From Thermoprotei archaeon (GTDB lineage: Archaea > Thermoproteota > Thermoprotei > QMSL01 > B3-G16), in the NCBI GenBank assembly GCA_021158375.1, contig JAGGUS010000174.1:1-27618 (forward strand): a stretch of DNA of 27,618 bases, written 5' to 3'. This document shows positions 18,713 to 26,420 of this stretch, piece after piece. Each line of letters starts with the position of its first letter. The first letter of the stretch is position 1. Below the pieces are notes generated by a model. That model saw only the letters and a list, made by a program, of their open reading frames with translations. It was not told the origin of the DNA and ran no database searches. The translations under genes were made by a program, and so were the position numbers.

Positions 18713-19270
18713 ATGACTACCTACGTAACAATGATTCCTAGGAAGTTCATCCTTGAGTCCGGAGATACAGTTACGCTTAAGGCTATCGACGTAGAGGAGA
18801 AGTTAGTAAAAGATACGATTTTTAAACTTTGGGTTCCAGATGTCGAGGCTATTTGTAAATACCTTATTAAAAAGCAGGGTTTCGAACATGTTGCCTCCAC
18901 CATTCCAAAAGGCGAGAGGTACAGTTTAAGAAAGGCATTAAGTGATGTGTGGGAACTTCACCTAAGGCTTTACGATAATGGATTCATTGACGCCGAAGTC
19001 GAGGTTAGGAGAGAATATCTTGAACATCTCAATAAGAGGCTTAATGTAGTGTATGAGGCTTTTGAATTCTATAGGGGACTCTACGACAAGCTACACATAT
19101 TTTACGCGCCAGCAAGGGAATGGATTGTTAAAATTATAGATCACTTCCACGTCAAGCTACGCGAGCCAGATACTTTAACCCCCTGGAAGCCAATAGTCAT
19201 AGGCATCGTTGTAGCAGGCATACTCTCATATGCATTACTAAAACTTACAAGAGGGGGTAGAAGCCTTTAA
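18713..19270 (+). CDS. Uncharacterised protein with C-terminal TM helix; last codons supplied by the IS607 left end
   Basis: Intact ORF with GGAGG before ATG 18713 (track start 18686), WELHLRLY...DAEVEVRREYLEH, and TM IVIGIVVAGILSYALL. Confidence 0.75.
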   Translation: MTTYVTMIPRKFILESGDTVTLKAIDVEEKLVKDTIFKLWVPDVEAICKYLIKKQGFEHVASTIPKGERYSLRKALSDVWELHLRLYDNGFIDAEVEVRREYLEHLNKRLNVVYEAFEFYRGLYDKLHIFYAPAREWIVKIIDHFHVKLREPDTLTPWKPIVIGIVVAGILSYALLKLTRGGRSL

Positions 19271-19281
19271 ATATTTCAAAG

Positions 19282-19297
19282 TGTATCATACTGTATC
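19282..19297 (+). repeat. IS607 left-end TGTATC tandem motif
   Basis: TGTATC at 19282-19287 and 19292-19297 (10-bp period), just downstream of TATA TTTAAATA at 19266-19273. Confidence 0.6.
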
Positions 19298-19309
19298 GGA
19301 GAATAGCAG

Positions 19310-19948
19310 ATAACAGAAAGACTACTACCGCCAAGGGAGGCGTGTAGGCGTCTCGGGATTAGCTTCATTACTTTGAAGAGATGGATTTACTCAGGTAAGA
19401 TTCGTGCTGTTAGGACTCCTACTGGTAGATGGATGATACCAGAAAGCGAGATTGAAAGGATTATAAGCGGAAAAGAGGAAGCAAGGGAGGTAAGAGCAAT
19501 CATTTATGCTCGTGTCAGTTCTTCAGACCAAAAGGGAGACCTTGATAGACAGATAGAGCACCTGACACAGTATTGCTCAGCGAAAGGATATAGAGTAGTT
19601 GATGTTCTAAGTGACGTAGCCAGCGGGTTGAAGGCCAACCGTAGAGGTTTGATGAAGCTCTTCAACTACGTGGTAAATAAACAAGTAGACGTAGTAGTTA
19701 TCACATACAAGGATAGACTTACGAGATTTGGTTTTGAGTATTTAGAATACTTCTTCAAACAGTATGGTGTAAGGATAGAGGTTGTCTATGGTGAGGAGCC
19801 TAAAGATGCTTATCAAGAGTTAGTTGAAGATTTGTTAGCAATAGTTACCTCCTTCGCTGGTAAGTTATATGGTATGAGGAGTCATAAGAAAAAGAGGCTT
19901 GTTCAAGGCTTCAAGAAGCTTCTAGGAGAGGTTGAGAAGAATGGCTAG
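19310..19948 (+). CDS. tnpA: IS607 serine recombinase/transposase with N-terminal MerR-like HTH
   Basis: ITERLLPPREACRRLGISFITLKRWIYSGKI (HTH), catalytic IIYARVSS, DVASG, ITYKDRLTRFGF and SFAGKLYGMRS. There is no canonical start before TTG 19373; ATA 19310 follows TAG 19304. Confidence 0.9.
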   Translation: MTERLLPPREACRRLGISFITLKRWIYSGKIRAVRTPTGRWMIPESEIERIISGKEEAREVRAIIYARVSSSDQKGDLDRQIEHLTQYCSAKGYRVVDVLSDVASGLKANRRGLMKLFNYVVNKQVDVVVITYKDRLTRFGFEYLEYFFKQYGVRIEVVYGEEPKDAYQELVEDLLAIVTSFAGKLYGMRSHKKKRLVQGFKKLLGEVEKNG

Positions 19949-21239
19949 AGTAACAAGGACTGTTATAGTGAGGAGCGTAAAGTTACCAAGAAAGGTGTTT
20001 AGGCTTTTCGTCGAGCTTGAGGGGATGTACCGAAACATGGTTGAGCAACTAACTATGTATGCTGTTAGAAATAGGGCTAAGAGCTTCACTAGGCTTAAGG
20101 CTTTGAAGTATCGTGAAATGAGGAACTTATATCCTCAACTACCATCACACTATGTCTATACTGCTTGCCAAGACGCTAGTACTAGAGCCAAGAGCTTTCT
20201 CAAACTAAAGAAGCTGGGCTTAGCCGAAAGAGAATATCCCGAGATTAGGAGCGTTAGTATCTGGCTTGATGACCACCTATGGAAACCTAGTGGATTAATC
20301 TCCATTAGGATAGCAACTCATAAAGGATGGGTAACAGTAGAGTTCAAGCCTCATAAACAGTACTGGAGATACATTAACAGGGGATGGATGTTAGCGTCCG
20401 AAGCTAAAATTAAGCTTGATAAGAGGAATAGACAGTTCATAATCTATCTAACCTTCGTCAAAGAGGTTGAGGAGTATAAACCCAAAGGGTACTTAGCTGT
20501 TGATGTTAATGAGAACAACGTTACCATGTTAGTTGATGATATTGCTTACCTCTTTGAGACTAATACCGGGAAGCTGGTCTTGGGTTACTACTACCGTAAG
20601 AAGAGTATTCAGGAGAGGTACGATAAGCTCTATGGTAAGAAGTCAAGGATTAAACGAAAGATTATGAGAAGGCTTAAGGAGAGGATGAAGAAGCAAGACA
20701 TTAAGTGGAAGATAGCAAACCTAATCGTCAAGGTTGCTTACGAGAAACGAAATGCTATTGTTCTTGAGAAGTTGGGTAAGAAATCAGCCAACAATATGAT
20801 TAAGAGAATAAGGGATAGACAACTAAGGCACAGGATTTTCCAAGCATCATTCAGAGGTAACCAGAAAGCAATAGAGGAAAAAGCGAAAGAGTATGGTGTG
20901 CCAGTAATCTACGTTAATCCCAAGAACACTTCCAGGCTCTGTCCAGTACATAATGCTCCAATAATCTACAGTAGTGGGTCTAGAATGGGTAAGTGCAGTA
21001 AAGGTGGAGAAATATGGCACCGTGATGTAGTTGCATGCTGGAACCTCCTCCTCAAAGCCCTACGGGGTGATGGGGGCAATGCTCCAAGCCCCGTAGGGTC
21101 AGTCCTAGATGGGAGCCCCGTGCCGTTGGGCTCGACCGCCACCCATGACCCCATAGGAATATCCAAATCCCTATGGGCGAGGTGGAAGTCCCTACCGCAG
21201 ATACAATCTGATACAATTCTAAATAAAATGAGACGGTAG
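19941..21239 (+). CDS. tnpB: TnpB RNA-guided endonuclease
   Basis: RuvC-I YLAVDVNENN, RuvC-II AIVLEKL, AKEYGVPVIYVNPKNTSRLCPVH and RuvC-III WHRDVVACWNL; no frameshift. ATG 19941 overlaps the tnpA stop (track start TTG 19932). Confidence 0.92.
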   Translation: MARVTRTVIVRSVKLPRKVFRLFVELEGMYRNMVEQLTMYAVRNRAKSFTRLKALKYREMRNLYPQLPSHYVYTACQDASTRAKSFLKLKKLGLAEREYPEIRSVSIWLDDHLWKPSGLISIRIATHKGWVTVEFKPHKQYWRYINRGWMLASEAKIKLDKRNRQFIIYLTFVKEVEEYKPKGYLAVDVNENNVTMLVDDIAYLFETNTGKLVLGYYYRKKSIQERYDKLYGKKSRIKRKIMRRLKERMKKQDIKWKIANLIVKVAYEKRNAIVLEKLGKKSANNMIKRIRDRQLRHRIFQASFRGNQKAIEEKAKEYGVPVIYVNPKNTSRLCPVHNAPIIYSSGSRMGKCSKGGEIWHRDVVACWNLLLKALRGDGGNAPSPVGSVLDGSPVPLGSTATHDPIGISKSLWARWKSLPQIQSDTILNKMRR

Positions 21240-21266
21240 GGATAAACGGTGGGCAGTGAATCCACG
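21070..21266 (+). ncRNA. Predicted TnpB omegaRNA (scaffold to 21249 plus flanking guide)
   Basis: Stems: GGGGC/GCCCC (21073-77/21088-92), GAGCCC/GGGCTC (21113-18/21128-33), CCACC/GGTGG (21139-43/21181-85) enclosing CCCATAGG/CCTATGGG (21150-57/21170-77), and CCCTACCG/CGGTAGGG (21190-97/21234-41). The region overlaps the tnpB 3' end and the right end. Confidence 0.7.
21200..21215 (-). repeat. IS607 right-end TGTATC tandem motif (inverted relative to the left end)
   Basis: GATACA at 21200-21205 and 21210-21215 (10-bp period). Confidence 0.6.
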
Positions 21267-21645
21267 TATTAAAGTAGAGGAGTTAAAGAGGAGGTTCCGG
21301 GAAGCTCTAGAGTACATTAGTAAGGGAGACGCTGTACAAGCCGCTGAAAAGCTCTATAAAGTTGCTGAAAACAGCGTGAAAATACTATCTGAAATCAATA
21401 GACTACCAGAGTATGAAGTAGCTAGAAAACAGGGGACTTGGTGGACCAAGTTGCTAAACAGGGCAGCTAGAAGACTCAGGGATATTTATGGAGAAGAGAT
21501 AATAGATGCTTGGACCACCGCATACAAGTTCCATCAAATGGGGTTTCATGAAGAGCAACTTACTGCGGAGGAGATACTGAAAGAAGCGTATAAGGTAGAA
21601 GGTTTGATAAGAATAGTGGAGAGGGAAGTAGAGGAGAGAGGTTAA
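21256..21645 (+). CDS. PaREP1-family protein (HEPN-like fold)
   Basis: KGDAVQAAEKLYKVAENSVKILS, GTWWTKLLNRAARRL and AWTTAYKFHQMGFHE. Confidence 0.88.
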   Translation: MNPRIKVEELKRRFREALEYISKGDAVQAAEKLYKVAENSVKILSEINRLPEYEVARKQGTWWTKLLNRAARRLRDIYGEEIIDAWTTAYKFHQMGFHEEQLTAEEILKEAYKVEGLIRIVEREVEERG

Positions 21646-22423
21646 CATGATGAAAAGACTTCCTTCTTGGTTCTTTATTTTCTGAAAGGCAGAGAGGAAA
21701 GGGTATGCCATAAAAAGTAGCTCCATAGACATTTAAATTGCCGCCCATTAAGTGTGCCTCATACCATCTATGCATACCAGTCCATGGGAGGTGAGGATCC
21801 GCTAGGAGGATTACCGAACCATCCACAGTCCTAGATCTTCCTATAGCCCATTCATTACTTCCTTCAAGAGATGGTTCTACTCCAGATCCATTAAGCTCAT
21901 TCTCAGCCTCTCCTATACTTCTAGAAAGAACTATGTAGTATCCCCAGGCGATGATATCTTCTGGTCTTACTCTAAAATCTCGTATCCACTTAGGCAATTC
22001 ATCTTCATGCTCCTCTATATAGCGATTTATACCCCTAGCAAATGCACTAGCGAGCTTATAGACATGATCAGATATTTGATCCTTCCTATATTCATAAACG
22101 TGGTCAGGAATTTTAAGGGCCCTTATTTTATAGTCCATAGAAACATATTTCTCTCCAAGGAATTCTGATAGCCTACCAGTAGCTGTTAAATAGTCTATGA
22201 TCATATCTTCGAGGTGATCTTCTGCCTGAGCATAGCCAAAACCGTACATTACAGCTTCTTCGCTCTCCCCAACTACATGTGGTATACCATACTTGTCCCT
22301 ATAAATTATGACATCTTGTTCTCTCTTATTCATCATTATGAAGAATAGGGAAGAGCTAATTAAAAGCGTTATTAAAGCCATGATTATTGTTGTGCGAAAC
22401 TGCATGAAAATAAAGATCCACAT
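21560..22423 (-). pseudogene. Truncated penicillin acylase / Ntn-hydrolase (PvdQ-like)
   Basis: Signal anchor, IYRDKYGIPHV, GFGYAQAEDHL, nucleophile GSNEW, LADPHLPW and RWYEAHL. Similarity stops at about 21690 (YGIPF), so most of the beta subunit is missing. Confidence 0.8.
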
Positions 22424-22554
22424 AATGCTTAATAGCTTAACGGTAACGGATAGATCTCTTAGAATTAAGAATAAAGAGTATAGGGTTATAATTTCATTAT
22501 TTTTACTAGTAAAGTTTTATGTATTAATAGTATCCTTATCCTGCTAGGGAGATA

Positions 22555-22829
22555 ATGGAAGAAGTTGTTAAGATTATGCGTAATTTCAAGTAACTATTCC
22601 CGTTTCTATCAGAGCTAAGGTGGGGATTAATGAGGACGATGTTGTCAAGAGAGTGTATGATGAACGAGAGGAGGTTATTAAGATAATTTCATTAAGGAGG
22701 AAGAGAAGGACGATTAGAATCGGTAGGAAAATTAGTATTGAAGAAATTGAAGAAGCTATCGAGGGAATGATGGATGAAGCTATATTTTGGTCTATGATAC
22801 AATCGAGGATAGTGAATATCATGCCTTAG
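22555..22829 (+). pseudogene. vapB: AbrB-family antitoxin, frameshifted
   Basis: MEEVVKIMRNF, then a one-base loss (AATTTCAAGTAACT), then QVTIPVSIRAKVGINEDDVV...RKISIEEIEEAI. The native stop is lost. Confidence 0.75.
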
Positions 22830-23166
22830 CTATGAAGATTATTGACACAGTAAAAGAGTTATTCATACCATCCATCGTAGTTCATGAGTATACCTGGGTC
22901 ATGTTAAAATTAGTTCAAGCGACTCCTAGTTTCATCTTATTAAAAGTACGTGAATATCTTGAAGATCCGAGAACCACGTACATACTAGAGCCTACAAGAG
23001 CATTAGTTAACGCCTTAAAAATGCTTGAAAATATAAACAAGATGTAAAGGAAGTGAACGATTACATAATCCTTGCAGTGACCCTTCACTATAATCTAGTA
23101 TTAGCAACCTTCGATGAAAAGCTTAAGAGGATAGCTGTGAAGAGAGGATTAAGAGTAATTTCATAA
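22781..23166 (+). pseudogene. vapC: PIN toxin, N-terminally deleted and frameshifted
   Basis: Begins ILVYDTIEDSEYH without the first catalytic xxDTN strand; SIVVHEY; frameshift near 23045 into KEVNDYIILAV...ATFDEKLKRIA...RVIS*. Confidence 0.78.
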
Positions 23167-23404
23167 TCTAGTGTTATAGCCTATCAGAATTACTCTTAAT
23201 TTGATGGAAAGTTTAGACACATAAGGTATCCAAAATTATTTAACTGTTAGTGCACGTATTATTGTATCATAAAGATTACATTGGGAAGCCGATTAGGCAT
23301 AATGAAAACTGAAACCCTACAAAACGGGGAAACTAAAGGTGAGTTAAGACCGCTTAATCTATCTTGAGATGAATCTATCTCATGAAAAATTATATAATGC
23401 ACTG

Positions 23405-23430
23405 GTATACGTATATACAGTGTATATACA
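23405..23430 (+). promoter_or_regulatory. Candidate RHH operator (stacked palindromes)
   Basis: GTATAC (23405-10), GTATATAC (23411-18) and TGTATATACA (23421-30) lie between TATA-like AATTATATAAT and ATG 23430. Confidence 0.5.
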
Positions 23431-23681
23431 TGAGTGATATAATAAGCGTCAGAGTGCCCAAGGAACTAAGAGAGAAGATGAAGAAGTTCAGCTATATCAA
23501 TTGGAGTGAGGTAATCAGAGAGGCTATTAAAAAGCGCATAGAGATCGAGGAAAAGAAACAACGTAAGATGAAGGCTGCTGAAGATATGGATAGAATCAGG
23601 AACAAAATATTACGACTATACGGCATTACTGATTACGACTCAAGCGAGGTGATTAGATACTGGAGAGAGTTAAGAAAATAA
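23430..23681 (+). CDS. vapB: Ribbon-helix-helix antitoxin
   Basis: MSDIISVRVPKELREKMKKFSYINWSEVIREAIKKRI. Start placed at ATG 23430; the track gives 23382. Confidence 0.88.
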   Translation: MSDIISVRVPKELREKMKKFSYINWSEVIREAIKKRIEIEEKKQRKMKAAEDMDRIRNKILRLYGITDYDSSEVIRYWRELRK

Positions 23682-24097
23682 TAGTAGTTGATGCTAGCGT
23701 AGCCGTTAAGTGGTTCGTTCCCGAGAGGTACTATGAAAAGGCACTAGAGCTCAGAGATGCATACCTAAATGGAAAAGTTGACTTAATCTCACCAAGTCTC
23801 ATAATATATGAGGTTGCCAATGCCCTCAGATTTCACAGAGTATACAAGCTAACTTTAGAGGATATAGTAAACGCTGTAAAGGATATTATTAACCTTGATA
23901 TTATCAGGAAGTTGACTTTAGAAGGCTGGCTAAAGGCAATCAAGTTATCAATAGATAAGGATATAAGCATATACGACGCCATATACGGAGCTATGACCCT
24001 AATCTTCAATGGCATTCTAGTTACTAGTGACGAGAAGCTTAGCGAAAGGATAAAAGATACGGTAAGAGTAGTAACATTAGATGAACTAAGTCTCTGA
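23660..24097 (+). CDS. vapC: PIN-domain toxin, full-length frame without ATG/GTG/TTG start
   Basis: Open frame LERVKKIIVVDASVAVKWFVPE...IIYEVANAL...ISIYDAIY...VTSDEKL with all four acidic residues. Only CTG 23660, GTT 23669 or ATA are available as starts; the track reports only 23912-24097. Confidence 0.82.
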   Translation: MERVKKIIVVDASVAVKWFVPERYYEKALELRDAYLNGKVDLISPSLIIYEVANALRFHRVYKLTLEDIVNAVKDIINLDIIRKLTLEGWLKAIKLSIDKDISIYDAIYGAMTLIFNGILVTSDEKLSERIKDTVRVVTLDELSL

Positions 24098-24168
24098 ATG
24101 CTCTAGAATTTCTATCACATATCGCTAGAATCCTGTATTCCAATCTCCTCTAAATTCGTTAATATAGA

Positions 24169-24784
24169 TTAAGCATCACCGTGAATGACGTAATGCATTA
24201 TATAGAGGAGAATTAGGAAGCCAATGAAATTTATACACCGGGAGATTATGTAGACTTCTGATTTTACTAGTAGAAGTGCATGAAGATGCATTACATAGCT
24301 GACCAATATTGATATGAAGGCTACTAGCAATAACAGGGAGCCCCTTTCCCTCACTCTTACACAGGCTAGAAACTGATTTGTCGTTATGTAGAAAAGCAAT
24401 ACTACGCCGATCGTCCGAGGTAATACATTGATGGAAATAGATCCTACTGGGATTAAGGGTACTCCAAGAATTTTCTTTATTTCTTCATGGTATCCTACCG
24501 CTATAAGCATGTATGCTAGTAGTTCTAGCAAAATCGATGTTAAGGCGGAATATGTGGATGTTAATGCTATAAGCATCCTTGCAGGTCTAGCTGCTAGTAT
24601 CAGAAATAGTATCAGATCATGACTTATAAGGCCTGTTGCAAGCAATAAGAAAACTGTATAGATGAAGAGAAAAACTCCTCTTAGATAGCTTATATGCCTT
24701 TAGCGCATAATGGCGTATGGGCACAGCTGCAGCTCCTGAGATTAGATCAAAGCATGAAGTCATGAAGTATAGCAAAGCAAGCAT
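24169..24784 (-). pseudogene. Multi-pass membrane protein with one frameshift
   Basis: ATG 24784 MLALLYFMTSCFDLISGAAAVPIRHYALKAYKLSKRSFSLHLY, frameshift near 24655, then TVFLLLATGLISHDLIL... (24645-24169 ORF). Confidence 0.55.
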
Positions 24785-24886
24785 GTGGATTATCTGACAT
24801 ATAATGCCTTAAATAGCTTCATAAGCGCTATAGACCATTAGTACACATAATTTATATAGACTCGAAGAATGCCCCCATTAGGGAAC

Positions 24887-25492
24887 ATGAGGAAGCACCT
24901 AGCAATATCGTTAGTTGCAGTAATGATATTAGCATTCTCACCTAGAGAATGCTAATTCTTCTATCGATTCCATCCCTATCAGCTATTAAAGCTGACGCTA
25001 GAAGAGATTGGAAAGATATTTGCTGGGTATTATACTAAATGGAGCCAAGTTCGAGAAGACTTACCAGATAAGGAAATTATCGTATTCGTGCGAGAGCCTG
25101 GTTCAGGAACAAGAGCGACTTTTGAGGAATACTGCATGAAACCATTTGGATTTAAGGTAAAGACAGGAGCTATGGTAGTTCCTAGTAATCCCGCTATGAG
25201 GCTAAGCGTAGAGCAAACCCCATACTCTATAGGTTACGTCGGCTTGGGCTTCATTGAGGGAAACATTGATGTAGTTTATGTAGCCAAGGGGAAGAATGGC
25301 CCGCTTTACGCTCCAACTCGTGAAAATGTGAGAAAAGGCACTTATCCAATCTCAAGATTTCTATACCTAGTAACAAATGGTATCCCAGAGAGCGGATTCT
25401 TAATTGATAGGTTTATAGATTTCGTGAAAAGCCCGGTTGGTCAAGTGTTGGTCGAACAATGCGGTTATGTAGCCATTTATCCAAAAGAGTGA
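24887..25492 (+). pseudogene. pstS: Phosphate-binding protein PstS with internal deletion
   Basis: Signal-like MRKHLAISLVAVMILAFSPREC* (TAA 24953-55) is followed in frame by HPYQLLKLTLEEIGKIFAG...KW...REPGSGTRATF...SIGYVGLG...YPISRFLYL. The N-terminal lobe is absent. Confidence 0.8.
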
Positions 25493-25505
25493 GAGGCGGA
25501 TATTA

Positions 25506-26420
25506 ATGGGCCTGAAAACGTCCAAATTTTCTATTTTAAAAATCCGAGCAAGGGAGAAAGTTGAGTTTTTATTGCTTATATTGTCATTTGTTCCAGTCTT
25601 AATCCTAATTTTAATAACTGCATTCGTTTTTAAGGAGGGATTACCCGCTTTTACGAAAATAGGTCTTCTTAACTTTTTATTTGGACGGAGATGGGCACCC
25701 TATTATGAAAGTTATGGTGCTCTCCCGCTTCTTTACGGCTCAATTATGATTGTTTTTGGAAGTTTATTGATCTCGATTCCACTTGGGGTTTCAGCAGCCA
25801 TATTTTTAGCAGAATATATCCCTCGTTGGATTGGGGATTTAGTAAAACCAATCATCGAATTACTTGCTGCGATTCCGTCTATAATTCATGGATTTTTCGG
25901 ACTTATGTTTTTGGCTCCCAGAATCGCAGAATTTTTCAATTTAAGCACAGGCAAGACAGCTCTAACTGCTTCAATAACCCTATCTATCATGGTTTTGCCG
26001 ACAATTGTAAGTATTTCAAGTGAGGTTATCTCAGCAGTTCCGATGGAATTTCGAAAAGCGTCAATAGCCCTCGGAGCAACGCGCTGGCAAACAATAAGAG
26101 GGGTTGTCTTACCAACAGCAAAGCCGGGTATAGTGGCGTCTATATTGCTCGCTTTTGGGAGAGCGATCGGGGAGACTGTAGCAGTATTAATGACCTGTGG
26201 TTGTGTACCACGCATACCTGATCCATTCTGGAACTATCTTGAGCCAGTACACGCTTTAACAGCTGCCATAGCCTTGGATATGGGGGAAGTTCCTATAGGC
26301 AGTTTGCACTACCATGCCTTGTTTGGTTTAGGGGTAATCTTGTTCGTCATTACGTTCATAACGAATACTATCGCAGATCTAATCATGAGAAGGGCTCCGA
26401 AAGGTGTAATTCAAGTATGA
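25506..26420 (+). CDS. pstC: Phosphate ABC transporter permease
   Basis: ELLAAIPSIIHGFFG, EAA-like loop RKASIALGATRWQTI, LAFGRAIGETVAV. Confidence 0.93.
   Translation: MGLKTSKFSILKIRAREKVEFLLLILSFVPVLILILITAFVFKEGLPAFTKIGLLNFLFGRRWAPYYESYGALPLLYGSIMIVFGSLLISIPLGVSAAIFLAEYIPRWIGDLVKPIIELLAAIPSIIHGFFGLMFLAPRIAEFFNLSTGKTALTASITLSIMVLPTIVSISSEVISAVPMEFRKASIALGATRWQTIRGVVLPTAKPGIVASILLAFGRAIGETVAVLMTCGCVPRIPDPFWNYLEPVHALTAAIALDMGEVPIGSLHYHALFGLGVILFVITFITNTIADLIMRRAPKGVIQV

Larger units (their letters stand above)
19256..21249 (+). mobile_element. IS607-family insertion sequence (tnpA + tnpB), about 2.0 kb
   Basis: Serine-recombinase tnpA overlaps tnpB. Both junctions share a GG(T) core (GGGGG|TAGAAG and AAACGG|TGGGCAG), with no TIR or TSD. 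Removing the element restores a coupled GTGA gene junction. Confidence 0.88.

Noticed and set aside
20966-21265. Minus-strand 99-aa ORF over the tnpB end
   Set aside because: Antisense to the GC-rich omegaRNA region; no coding signal or family motif.
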